DNA from: Patescibacteria group bacterium | GTDB lineage: Bacteria; Patescibacteriota; Patescibacteriia; Patescibacteriales; UBA12075 | Direction of reading: 5' to 3' | Length of the DNA: 64,000 nucleotides | Assembly: GCA_018897195.1 (NCBI GenBank) | Contig: JAHILH010000001.1 | Span: forward strand, 220,565 to 284,564 | Part shown: one piece after another, positions 8,474 to 17,882 of the stretch | Numbering within the stretch: position 1 is the first letter of the stretch | Layout: every line of letters starts with the position of its first letter | The notes under the pieces: generated by a model | What the model was told of the DNA's origin: nothing | What the model saw: the letters and a program-made list of their open reading frames with translations, nothing else | Databases searched by the model: none | Program-made: the position numbers and the translations under genes

Positions 8474-9504
8474 AAAGAATTTTTAATAACTTTCTTATCA
8501 ATATATCGAAAAAATAAAACTAATGACAACATGAATAATACCAGAAAACCAATTGTCAGAACTTTGCCCAGACTTTGCAAAAAGAGTGCGCTTATTCCAA
8601 ACATGGTTGAAATTAAATAATAAAACAAAACAGTTTTGACTGGTGATAGACCTAAGTCTATCAGGCGAAAGTGCAAATGTTTTCGGTCGGCAAATTTAAA
8701 AGGATTTTTACCTTCGCGTAAGCGTCGAATAATTATCCAGAGAACATCCATAATCGGGATGCCCATCACTAATAAAGCAATGGCTATTTTGCCACCAGAG
8801 ATGATTGCCAAAACTCCCAACGCGTATCCAAGAAATAAGGAAGCCCCTTCGCCCAGAAAGATCTTCGCTGGATGCCAATTCAAAAGTAAAAAACCAAAAC
8901 TAGCCGCCGATAAAATTAAAGATGCGAAGCCGATGTCCGGTTGGTAGTATTTTGTCGTCATCGTAAAGAGGAAAATAATAAACGCGCCAATGCCCACCAC
9001 GCCTGAAACTAAACCATCAACACCATCCAAAAGCTTGGTGGTGTACATCATGCCCATTAACCAAATGAAAAGAAAAATATTGGAAAGTAATTTATTGAAA
9101 TATAAATAACCACCAAAGGGATTACTCATTTTACTAATCTCAATACCGCCAAGCAGAACTAAAATAATGGCCAGAACAGGAAAGATAAATTGCGTACCCG
9201 CCTTCATGCGATATTTGTCATCAAGAAAGCCACCAATCATTAGAATAATCCCACCAGCAAAAAAACCTAACCAATGATGAATATTTAGATTGCCGGCCAA
9301 AATCTTATCTTGATTCAAGAATAACATCATAAAGAAAACCAAAAAAATCCCCAAGCCCCCCATAAGTGGTACGGGGTTGGGATGTTTTTTCCGATCCTCA
9401 TCTGGCTTATCAACAAAATTAAATTTCAGGGCAATTTTCCTGATCATTAAAACTGTAATAAAAGACAAAAAAGTGGTAATAATAAAGTAAAAAATATACT
9501 GCAT
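8470..9504 (-). CDS. Polyprenyl-phosphate N-acetylhexosamine-1-phosphate transferase (glycosyltransferase family 4, WecA/MraY family)
   Basis: 344 aa, polytopic. Has the DKPDEDRKKHPNPVPLMGGLGIF motif typical of WecA/TagO-type enzymes. Confidence 0.8.
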   Translation of the reverse strand: MQYIFYFIITTFLSFITVLMIRKIALKFNFVDKPDEDRKKHPNPVPLMGGLGIFLVFFMMLFLNQDKILAGNLNIHHWLGFFAGGIILMIGGFLDDKYRMKAGTQFIFPVLAIILVLLGGIEISKMSNPFGGYLYFNKLLSNIFLFIWLMGMMYTTKLLDGVDGLVSGVVGIGAFIIFLFTMTTKYYQPDIGFASLILSAASFGFLLLNWHPAKIFLGEGASLFLGYALGVLAIISGGKIAIALLVMGIPIMDVLWIIIRRLREGKNPFKFADRKHLHFRLIDLGLSPVKTVLFYYLISTMFGISALFLQSLGKVLTIGFLVLFMLSLVLFFRYIDKKVIKNSL

Positions 9505-9525
9505 TTGTTTTTATAAACTCATTTT

Positions 9526-12270
9526 TTATAAGGCCACGCCCTTTTCAACTTCAATCTTAGCAGATTCATCCAAAACTACAACATCTCGCCTTTTAAGTTC
9601 TCCGGCGAGGATTTTATTGGCAATTGCATCCTCGACTCTTTGCTGTATAACACGACGCAATGGACGAGCGCCAAACTTCGGGTCATAACCCTCTTGGGCG
9701 AGTTTCATGACGCCACCTTGTTGCACGCGAAAGCCAATTCCCTTTTCATGCAGCATTGATTCAATTTGTTTTAACATAATATGAGCAATCTGTACTATAT
9801 TTTGCATGCTAAGTGGTTCAAAAACAATCACGCCGTCAAAACGATTGATAAATTCTGGACGCATAACCTTATTTAGATGTTCATCAATTAAGACTCTTCT
9901 AATCTCTTCAATGTCGATGCCGTTAAAAATTGAATCTTGGATATAGGACGCGCCGGCATTAGAGGTGGCAATAATAATACTGTTGGTAAAATCAATTGTG
10001 CGACCCTGTCCATCAGTTAAACGACCATCATCTAGTACTTGTAAAAATAAATTCAAAATATCAGGATGCGCTTTTTCCAATTCGTCTAAAAGAATTAGAG
10101 AGAATGGTAATTTGCGCACTTTTTCCGTGAGGTAGCCGTTGACACCGTCAGTGTTGCCAATCATTTTATCCACTGAATCAGGATGTTGGTATTCGCTCAT
10201 GTCAATTCTAATCATGTACGCCTCATCACCAAAATAAACATCGGCAATTGTTTTGGCTAACTCAGTCTTGCCTACGCCCGTCGGTCCCAGGAATAAGAAA
10301 TTAGCAATCGGCCTTTTATTTTCGCGTAGTTCGGTGCGGGCACGACGTAAACTAGCTGACACCTTTTCAATTGCCTCATTTTGACCAATCATTCGTTCGT
10401 GCATTTTTTCTTCTAGGTGTAATAATTCTTTACCTTCACTGATAGTGATTTTGGTTAATGGAATTTTGGTTATTTCCGATACGGTGCGGGCCACATCATT
10501 TTCCACAATTTTTGTTATGCCCTCCCTAACTTGCCCAGTGTTAACCGCGGTCATATTAAGAATATTAATCGCCTTTTCTGGTAAATAGCTATCATGAATA
10601 TAGCGCTGAGATAGACTAATTGCTTTTTCAATAGCACCATAAGAAAAATAGACCTTATTATGAGACTCAATGGCACCAATTTTACTTTCGACAATTTGAA
10701 TTGCCTGATCACCTTCCGGTTCTTCGATAATAATTTTCTTCATTGCGCGACCCAGTGTCTTGCGTTCAATGTACTTGGTATAATTGTCACTTCCAGCCGT
10801 AGCTAAACAGTAAATATTGCGTCTTTCAATTTCATTGGCCAAAACTTCTGACAAATCCAAGCTGCCACCTTCGCCACTACTAATTCCAATCAGGTGTTCT
10901 ATGTCATAAACACATAAAACGATATTGCCTGAACTAATTACCTCATCAAGGATTGACAACATTCTCCCCTCGGCCTGCGCTGGCGTTGCCCCACTGATAA
11001 TTCGCGAAGCATCGATCTCAACCAGGCGCATGTCACGCATAAACGATGGCACATCTTCACGCACCATCCGCTCAGCCACACCTCCGACAATGGTTTTCTT
11101 ACCCACGCCGGTGGCACCGACTAAAATAACACCGTTATTACCGCCTTCAAAAGTTGAAAAAATATTATCCAATTCCTCTTCACGCGCAACGCAAAATTCC
11201 AAACGACCATACGCGGAGACCAGTGTTAAGTCATAGCCAAAGCTATCTAAAATAGGCGTTGCAATTGCGGTGTAGGATCGATTCATACTCGTCTTAGGCT
11301 TTAGATGAGCCTTCTTTTGATAGATATTATAATTTTCAATCATTTTTTCATTAATATGAAACCATAATACTACATTAAAAATCTTCTCAGCTGTAATCTC
11401 AAACTCCAAAAACAATTCCTTTAAATACTCGTCCTTACTTATCAATGCTGTTAAAAGATTGCTGACAGAAACATGTTTTTGTCTAAATGAAATCGCCTCC
11501 AAGTAAGCACTAATCAAAACTTCTTTTGTTTCATTGGATAAATCACAGGATTGCGCATCTGATTCTATTTTGAGTAAATAGTTTTTTATTTTTTCAATCA
11601 AGTTGTTAAGGTTTGTGTCTAGTCGTGATAAAATTGCCACAACTTCATTATCACTCAGCGCAGCAAAAAATAAATGCACGGGATTAACCTCGGCATTGCC
11701 AAGTTTGATTGCCAGTAAAAAAGCATCTTCAATTACCTTAAAAATCTTTTCATCAAAACCGTGTGAGACCTCAACTCTAATTTCGCTTCCAGATTTTACC
11801 AACTCAGCCCAATTGTCTGGTAATCGTCTAGTATTAGTTCGGTCTTCGTATTCGGTTTTTTCAATACGTCTACGCTTACGTGATTCCTCGCTAACTCGAA
11901 AAAAGATAAACATCCCAGCAATAACACCAATCCAGAAAATCAAAATCAAGGGGTGTTGCTTATTCCAAAAGAAATAATCAGTAAGAGTTTGTGTATTTAG
12001 TGAAACAAAATAAAGCCAGATTGCTAAAGTTGCGACTCCAGTCAAAAAAACAACATATGCAATCAAGTTTAGGAAGAAATTTAATTTACGTCGCGCAAAA
12101 TCTAATTGGATAACTGCTTTACTTAGTCCGAGTTTCCAATAATAAAATTTACCAAAACTAAAAAATCCCAAGCCCATGCCCATACAACTTGAGCATGCGA
12201 AGCCGAGTTTATTCTTGCCCGAGCCATTGCAAACGGGACAGACGATAAATTGTTCTTCTTTATTGGGCAT
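9526..12270 (-). CDS. Clp/Hsp100-family AAA+ ATPase with N-terminal zinc ribbon and transmembrane anchor
   Basis: 914 aa. CPVCNGSG...CSSCMG zinc ribbon, about 3 hydrophobic helices, Clp_N-like repeats, NBD1 (GATGVGKK; Walker B reads VYDIEH) and NBD2 (GPTGVGKTELAK; LLDELEKAH; RPEFINR). Confidence 0.8.
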   Translation of the reverse strand: MPNKEEQFIVCPVCNGSGKNKLGFACSSCMGMGLGFFSFGKFYYWKLGLSKAVIQLDFARRKLNFFLNLIAYVVFLTGVATLAIWLYFVSLNTQTLTDYFFWNKQHPLILIFWIGVIAGMFIFFRVSEESRKRRRIEKTEYEDRTNTRRLPDNWAELVKSGSEIRVEVSHGFDEKIFKVIEDAFLLAIKLGNAEVNPVHLFFAALSDNEVVAILSRLDTNLNNLIEKIKNYLLKIESDAQSCDLSNETKEVLISAYLEAISFRQKHVSVSNLLTALISKDEYLKELFLEFEITAEKIFNVVLWFHINEKMIENYNIYQKKAHLKPKTSMNRSYTAIATPILDSFGYDLTLVSAYGRLEFCVAREEELDNIFSTFEGGNNGVILVGATGVGKKTIVGGVAERMVREDVPSFMRDMRLVEIDASRIISGATPAQAEGRMLSILDEVISSGNIVLCVYDIEHLIGISSGEGGSLDLSEVLANEIERRNIYCLATAGSDNYTKYIERKTLGRAMKKIIIEEPEGDQAIQIVESKIGAIESHNKVYFSYGAIEKAISLSQRYIHDSYLPEKAINILNMTAVNTGQVREGITKIVENDVARTVSEITKIPLTKITISEGKELLHLEEKMHERMIGQNEAIEKVSASLRRARTELRENKRPIANFLFLGPTGVGKTELAKTIADVYFGDEAYMIRIDMSEYQHPDSVDKMIGNTDGVNGYLTEKVRKLPFSLILLDELEKAHPDILNLFLQVLDDGRLTDGQGRTIDFTNSIIIATSNAGASYIQDSIFNGIDIEEIRRVLIDEHLNKVMRPEFINRFDGVIVFEPLSMQNIVQIAHIMLKQIESMLHEKGIGFRVQQGGVMKLAQEGYDPKFGARPLRRVIQQRVEDAIANKILAGELKRRDVVVLDESAKIEVEKGVAL

Positions 12271-12658
12271 TAGTAAATATTAGAGAAATATTGGGATAAA
12301 TTTGATAAACAATTTCATAAAAAACAAAAAACGGTAAAGCCACCCAAAGCAGGATAAAAACAAAAGACACTAAAGTATAAAAAAGCATAAACAAAGAGCG
12401 AAAAATAATTTGCACCATGCGCATAAATACGCTAATTAGGCGCCCTGATATGTCTGTTTGCCCATACATCGGTCGAAAAATATTCTTGATCCAGATAAAT
12501 ACACCAAGAGATCTTTGTTTATCACGCAAAAAATTAAGATTTTTCTTGACTATCATTAATAACCCAAGGCTATACCACCAAAGGGGAAAATACAAAATAC
12601 TCTGCAAAAATTCTAAAATTATTTTGCCACTGTATAGTAAAGTGTCATTATTTTTCAT
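12260..12658 (-). CDS. Small polytopic membrane protein, unknown function
   Basis: 132 aa and hydrophobic. Overlaps the Clp start by 11 nt, so it is probably co-transcribed. Confidence 0.5.
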   Translation of the reverse strand: MKNNDTLLYSGKIILEFLQSILYFPLWWYSLGLLMIVKKNLNFLRDKQRSLGVFIWIKNIFRPMYGQTDISGRLISVFMRMVQIIFRSLFMLFYTLVSFVFILLWVALPFFVFYEIVYQIYPNISLIFTNAQ

Positions 12659-12753
12659 ATTACCAATATTATAACATATTTTGACTAATTATAAAAAACA
12701 TTTTATTAAATAAAAATAGCTAAAATTAGCTAAGTTAAAAAATGGTAAAATAC

Positions 12754-12782
12754 TTGACAGAAGTTATCCACCCTGATATACT
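12754..12782 (+). promoter_or_regulatory. Sigma-70-type promoter upstream of rpmA
   Basis: TTGACA (12754-12759), 17 nt, TATACT (12777-12782). Implies a leader of about 145 nt. Confidence 0.6.
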
Positions 12783-12932
12783 ATAATCATAAATAATTAC
12801 ACAAAGTCTTTGTGAAAATACAAAGGTCTTTTTATTTTAATATAATGTAAATCTATTATTTATGAGCACCGACCCGTCCTTTACCGGGAATTTGCAAGTA
12901 ATATTTAAGAATTCATTAGTTAGACCAATCAT

Positions 12933-13211
12933 ATGGCACATAAAAAAGCTGGTGGCTCCAGTCGTAACGGCCGCGATTCCGCAGGTAAACGCCTAGGTAC
13001 AAAACTTTCCGGTGGACAATTTGCAAAAGCTGGTTCAATCATTGTTAGACAAAGAGGCACCAAGATTCATCCAGGTACAAATGTTCAAATAGGAAAAGAT
13101 GACACTTTATTTTCTCTTGTTCAAGGTATTGTTAAATTTTCAACTAAAAAAGTTCGTAAATTCAATAACCAATTGAAGAGCACAAAATTTGTCAGCGTTG
13201 AAGCTATCTAA
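12933..13211 (+). CDS. rpmA: 50S ribosomal protein L27
   Basis: 92 aa with [22 protein letters not shown], the canonical L27 N-terminus. Confidence 0.95.
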   Translation: MAHKKAGGSSRNGRDSAGKRLGTKLSGGQFAKAGSIIVRQRGTKIHPGTNVQIGKDDTLFSLVQGIVKFSTKKVRKFNNQLKSTKFVSVEAI

Positions 13212-13229
13212 AATTTTTTCAGATAAAAA

Positions 13230-13257
13230 AGCAGTTCGATATGAACTGCTTTTTTTG
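13230..13257 (+). terminator. Rho-independent terminator of rpmA
   Basis: agcagttc-gata-tgaactgct stem followed by T7. Confidence 0.8.
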
Positions 13258-13261
13258 TGGT

Positions 13262-13294
13262 AAAAAAATACCCCACGCGTTATTTTGCGTGGGG
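13262..13294 (-). terminator. Rho-independent terminator of the 13305-14345 gene
   Basis: Stem ccccacgc / gcgtgggg (13271-13278 / 13287-13294), with a T-run on the minus strand (A-run 13262-13270). Confidence 0.8.
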
Positions 13295-13304
13295 GTTGAT
13301 TCTT

Positions 13305-14345
13305 TTAGACAATAATTAAAATATTCTTTTCCTTGATTGCCAAATTTAACTTCTCAAAGTTTTGAGGATTTTCTACGCTATTCTTTTCAGCAAGACACTG
13401 ACGAACAGATGACTCGACGCTTGCCCGCCATCTTCTTTTTTTGTCGGCGACAAACAATCCATCAGGGCCTTGAAAAAAAGTTGGGTAATTACCGTCTAAA
13501 TTCATCTTGCCATAAACATAGAATTTAATTCCCTCGACATTAAAAGTTGCCACAACATCAGCACTTCCAGTTTTATCTAGGCAGAATTTTTTATTAGCCC
13601 GTGTAATAGAATTAAGGCGCTCCTGCTTGGTTTGGAAAACAACGGGCGCGACAACCGGCGGTAATTCAACCACTGCATCCTTTTGCACATCGTCTTTACT
13701 TCCTGACTTGTGCGACATGCACATGGCCACTTGCTCGCTTGTTTCGATTTTTTCACCTTTAATTGTCGGAACATTCTGGAGTCTGTTTCGGAACAATATC
13801 TGTGCAAGTCCACCAATGGTAAAACACACCGTTATTGCCAACAGAGCAATTAATCCAGGCTTACGCCTCACTGGGTTATTGTTTACTCCTTCTGTCTCAG
13901 TAGAAATTGTCTCCGGCGTCGTAAGAACTGTTGACTCTAGACGAGGTTTGTAAATCTCAATCCAAGCACCCTGGGCATCAACACCATCTTTATCATAACG
14001 ACTATTAGCAACTTCGAGGTTGCTATCGGGAAGTTTTTCAAATGAAACAACGCCCCTCAATACACCAATGACTGCCTGACCACGTTCCTCTGCCAACTCT
14101 TTGTTTTTTTTAATACTGCCGACTTTGTTCGTCCGAACATAAATCCGAACAAAACGCCCATCGGGCAAAGTGTTGAGCCGAATAATCTCGTGCCCCATTT
14201 TACCGGTCAGATCTGCCTTCCCAAGGGGAAATTCCCCTAAATCAATATGCTCCTCAATTTCCCACTTACCGTTATCAAGCGCTAAAACACTTGATGCTAA
14301 ACACAGCGACATTGCCATAAATAAAAAGAACATTTTCATCTTCAT
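13305..14345 (-). CDS. Orphan single-pass membrane protein with signal peptide
   Basis: 346 aa. N-terminal signal (MKMKMFFLFMAMSLCLASSVLA) and a central TM helix (GLIALLAITVCFTIGGLAQILF). Strong SD (AGGAGG 7 nt before the ATG). No family recognised. Confidence 0.55.
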   Translation of the reverse strand: MKMKMFFLFMAMSLCLASSVLALDNGKWEIEEHIDLGEFPLGKADLTGKMGHEIIRLNTLPDGRFVRIYVRTNKVGSIKKNKELAEERGQAVIGVLRGVVSFEKLPDSNLEVANSRYDKDGVDAQGAWIEIYKPRLESTVLTTPETISTETEGVNNNPVRRKPGLIALLAITVCFTIGGLAQILFRNRLQNVPTIKGEKIETSEQVAMCMSHKSGSKDDVQKDAVVELPPVVAPVVFQTKQERLNSITRANKKFCLDKTGSADVVATFNVEGIKFYVYGKMNLDGNYPTFFQGPDGLFVADKKRRWRASVESSVRQCLAEKNSVENPQNFEKLNLAIKEKNILIIV

Positions 14346-14404
14346 CGTGTTACCTCCTTCTTTGTTGTTTGTAGACGCACTTTTGCGCGTCCGATGAATT
14401 GAAT

Positions 14405-14433
14405 ATATTAGTATATTTATCTGATTTTGTCAA
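14405..14433 (-). promoter_or_regulatory. Sigma-70-type promoter of the 13305-14345 gene
   Basis: Minus strand reads TTGACA (14428-14433), 17 nt, TAATAT (14405-14410). A 7-bp hairpin (gacgcgc-aaaa-gtgcgtc) follows in the 5' UTR. Confidence 0.6.
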
Positions 14434-14526
14434 TACTGGTTCTCGATTTTAAAAAAATGTTAAAAAAATTAGCTAAAAATACAAAAAACCTCGCTTATTA
14501 AACGAGATTTTAATTATTTGAAGATT

Positions 14527-15267
14527 TTATTTAAATAATATTTGCAGGATTAAAACCAAGACAGAACCTACGAGAAAACTTGGTAAATATTTTAACTTCT
14601 TCCCCTTTTGGCTCATAACCTCTGGTAGTAATTCCCAAAATGAAATATAGAGCATGACACCAGCGGTGGCGCTGATAATAAGACCGAGTAAAAAACCAGA
14701 GATGTTTTTAAAGAAATAATAAGTTAATAAAAAACCGGCAATAGTTGGAATGACGGTTAAAAAAGTTAGTAAAAATGATTTAAATTTTTTTCCAGTTGAG
14801 TAATAAAGTGGCGCAGCCACACAGATTGCTTCTGGAATATCATGAATAGCAATAGCGAGAGCAATTAAGATAGAGAAATTAAAACCTGGTAGAGCGCCGA
14901 TGCCGATAGCGATACCTTCTGGTAGATTGTGAATAAAAATACCGAGAAAGATAAAAAGAGCCAATCTTTTTAATTTTTCTGCCCGACTTTCAAGCCCAGA
15001 TCGAGAATGGTGATAGTGTGGAATTAATTTATTCAATATATGCATCACAAGGCCTCCAAATAGAACACCGACTATAAGTAGCGCTGGGGAAACTTTTTTG
15101 TAACTTTCCGGTAGTAATTGTAAAGCTGACACAAAAACCATCACACCAGCTGCAAATGACAACATGTGGTGAATTTGATTAGCGTTATACTTCTTAAAGA
15201 CGCCTAATAAAGAGCCAATCAGAGGGCCAACAAGAGAAATTATTATAATCACTAATACATTAGTCAT
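14527..15267 (-). CDS. ZIP-family divalent metal (zinc) transporter
   Basis: 246 aa, polytopic, with HNLPEGIAIG and HDIPEA signature motifs. Confidence 0.8.
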   Translation of the reverse strand: MTNVLVIIIISLVGPLIGSLLGVFKKYNANQIHHMLSFAAGVMVFVSALQLLPESYKKVSPALLIVGVLFGGLVMHILNKLIPHYHHSRSGLESRAEKLKRLALFIFLGIFIHNLPEGIAIGIGALPGFNFSILIALAIAIHDIPEAICVAAPLYYSTGKKFKSFLLTFLTVIPTIAGFLLTYYFFKNISGFLLGLIISATAGVMLYISFWELLPEVMSQKGKKLKYLPSFLVGSVLVLILQILFK

Positions 15268-15300
15268 GTCTATATTCTACCCTATTTGTTTATTTTACAC

Positions 15301-15326
15301 AAAAACAAAAGAGGCTAATAGCCTCT
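15301..15326 (-). terminator. Rho-independent terminator of the 15354-16145 gene
   Basis: agaggc-taata-gcctct stem flanked by a T-rich run on the minus strand. Confidence 0.6.
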
Positions 15327-15353
15327 TTTGTAATCTTTTACTTATTTCTATAA

Positions 15354-16145
15354 TTATATTTGTGCTTCTACATCAACACTACCACCATCTTCTAGGTTCA
15401 AAACTTCTTCAGTTTCTGGTGTTTCAGTTGCTTCTACAACTGCCGGTGTTGTTGAGGCATCTGTAGCTGTTATTGTTGACGCTTCCGCCTTAACACATTG
15501 TTTCAATTTTTCAGTATAACTCTTCCAAGACTCATTTCTAACAGCAGCTGTTATTTTATTGCTATTCTTTACAGCCTCTTGGTAAGTTGTTGCACAAGCT
15601 TTGTTTGCTTCGATTTGATTTTCGCCATCTAGCGCGTTGATTTGACAAAGATTGCGAGCATCTAAAGCTGTAAGGATTGTTTGTGAGTAAGCAGTGAAGG
15701 CTTCTTTCAAGGCCGCATCCTTAGCATTGATCGCTTCTTTAACACATGGAACAGCACCAGCTTGCACTTTCTTCATTTCTTTCACTTGTTTCTTCTCTTG
15801 CACTTTAGCTTCTTTTCTGATCCCGAACAAAGATGTACCGATTTTTTTAATTTCTTTAAAATTATTCATTTCAGCCAAATTGGGAATTTTTTCCAATTCT
15901 CCTGCAACATCTTCTTTCTTAGTTTCTTTCTTTTCTGCGCTTGCCATTGATTTACCCTCAGCGCCCTTTCTAATACCCCATAACGCTGTGCCTTTTTTTA
16001 CGATTTGTCCGAAGTTTTTAATTTCTGAAGGGTGAGAAATTTTTTCTAAGCCATCAGCCTTAACAGCTACTGCTAATCCCAAGATTAAGGAAAAAGCAAC
16101 CACTAAAGATAGAGTTTTTTTCATAGTTTTTTTATCCAGCCGCAA
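15354..16145 (-). CDS. Secreted protein with an internal ~50-aa tandem duplication, unknown function
   Basis: Likely start is MKKTLSL at 16124, with a signal peptide. LEKISHPSEIKNFGQIVKKGTALWGIRKGAEG and LEKIPNLAEMNNFKEIKKIGTSLFGIRKEAKV are tandem repeats. Acidic C-terminal tail. Confidence 0.5.
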   Translation of the reverse strand: MRLDKKTMKKTLSLVVAFSLILGLAVAVKADGLEKISHPSEIKNFGQIVKKGTALWGIRKGAEGKSMASAEKKETKKEDVAGELEKIPNLAEMNNFKEIKKIGTSLFGIRKEAKVQEKKQVKEMKKVQAGAVPCVKEAINAKDAALKEAFTAYSQTILTALDARNLCQINALDGENQIEANKACATTYQEAVKNSNKITAAVRNESWKSYTEKLKQCVKAEASTITATDASTTPAVVEATETPETEEVLNLEDGGSVDVEAQI

Positions 16146-16248
16146 TTCATCATGTCGACTACAGATGGATTTATTTAATTATAAAAGAGAGAACATAGAG
16201 ATGCCTCAATGTATTAAATATAGCATTTTTTTGATTCTCTGGCAATGC

Positions 16249-17880
16249 TTATTTATTCAGCCTCTTATCAATAATTGCTTCTGCCACCAACATCCCATCA
16301 ATTGCCGCCGAGATGATTCCGCCAGCATAACCAGCACCTTCACCAGCTGGATAAATGCCTTTTATATTAGACTGTAAGGATTCATCACGAAAAATGCGCA
16401 CTGGTGATGAGCTCCGAGTTTCTACTCCAGTCAGAATAGCATCGGGATGAGAGAAGCCTTTTATTTTTCTTTCCATTTCAGGCAAAGCCTTGCGAATACT
16501 GTTTAAAACGTAATCTGGTAAACAACTACTCAGTGAAGTGAGTCGCACACCTGGTTGATAGGTCGGAGTAACGCTCTTGGTGTCAGTTGATGGTTTATTT
16601 CTCATAAAATCACCTACTAATTGGGCTGGAGCGCGGTAATTGCCACCGCCGACTGAAAAAGCTTTTTCCTCCCATTTGCGCTGAAATTCAACACCAGCCA
16701 AGGGATGGTCAGACTTAAAATCACTGGGTAAAACGTTTACCAATAAAGCGCTATTGGAATTATCACTGTCGCGTGCGTTTTCGCTCATACCATTGGTAAC
16801 CAATCTTCCATCTTCGGAAGCGGCTGCAACAACATAGCCACCTGGACACATGCAAAAAGTATAAACAGAACGGCTTTCGGTTACATGCTCGACTAACTTA
16901 TAGCGAGCGGCTGGTAATTTGGGGTGATTATAAAAGTTGCCATATTGTGATTTGTTAATCATTTCCGATTGATGCTCAATACGCAGACCGATTGCAAACG
17001 GCTTTGCGGTCATTGTTAGATTTTTTTCATGAAGCATTTCGTAGGTGTCGCGCGCCGAGTGACCCACAGCCACCACTAACTCATCGACGCTTATTTTTTC
17101 ATTTTCATTAAATATGGCTGTGACAATTTTATCATCAACAATTTCAATATCAGTTAAGCAAGTCTCAAAGCGCACTTCACCGCCTAATTTAATTATTTTC
17201 TCACGAATATTTTTAACAATTTTGCGCAATTTGTCAGTGCCAATATGTGCCTGAGCATCAATGGCAATTTCCGGTGATGCGCCCGCATTAATTAATTCAT
17301 CAAAAATATACTTCTTACGTGGATTATCAACCATGGTGTATAATTTTCCATCAGAGAATGTCCCTGCCCCGCCTTCACCAAATTGAATATTTGATTGTGT
17401 ATTTAATTTTCCTTCTTTAAAAAATTGATTGACATCTTTTATCCGCGCTTCAACATCTTTACCCCGCTCCACCACCAAAGGTTTTAAACCGGCCTGGGCT
17501 AAAAGCAAGGCAGCAAATAAACCACTCGGTCCAGAACCAATAATGACCGGTCTCTGGCTTTTTATGTCTTGAGATATGATTTTTAATTCATAAATATAAG
17601 GCATTTGTAATCGAATGCGGTGGCGCTTTATCTTATCTTTATGCGTTTCTACAATTTTAAGCAAATAATCTTCAGGATTTTTCAACTCAACATCTACGGA
17701 AAAAACAAAGAGAATTTTACGTTTGTTGCGTGAATCAATTGCCCGTTTAACAATGGTGTATTTTAATAATTCCGCCTCTTTAATTTCTAAAAGCTCCGCA
17801 ATGCGCAACCCCAAAACACTTTCATCCTCTTCAAGACCAAGTGTTAGTTCTTCAACTCTGATTAATTTATCATTTTTCAT
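16249..17880 (-). CDS. FAD-dependent oxidoreductase (COG2509-like)
   Basis: 543 aa. Has the VIIGSGPSGLFAALLLAQAGLKPLVVERG dinucleotide-binding motif after an N-terminal ~90-aa domain, as in COG2509 proteins. Confidence 0.7.
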   Translation of the reverse strand: MKNDKLIRVEELTLGLEEDESVLGLRIAELLEIKEAELLKYTIVKRAIDSRNKRKILFVFSVDVELKNPEDYLLKIVETHKDKIKRHRIRLQMPYIYELKIISQDIKSQRPVIIGSGPSGLFAALLLAQAGLKPLVVERGKDVEARIKDVNQFFKEGKLNTQSNIQFGEGGAGTFSDGKLYTMVDNPRKKYIFDELINAGASPEIAIDAQAHIGTDKLRKIVKNIREKIIKLGGEVRFETCLTDIEIVDDKIVTAIFNENEKISVDELVVAVGHSARDTYEMLHEKNLTMTAKPFAIGLRIEHQSEMINKSQYGNFYNHPKLPAARYKLVEHVTESRSVYTFCMCPGGYVVAAASEDGRLVTNGMSENARDSDNSNSALLVNVLPSDFKSDHPLAGVEFQRKWEEKAFSVGGGNYRAPAQLVGDFMRNKPSTDTKSVTPTYQPGVRLTSLSSCLPDYVLNSIRKALPEMERKIKGFSHPDAILTGVETRSSSPVRIFRDESLQSNIKGIYPAGEGAGYAGGIISAAIDGMLVAEAIIDKRLNK

Positions 17881-17882
17881 AA

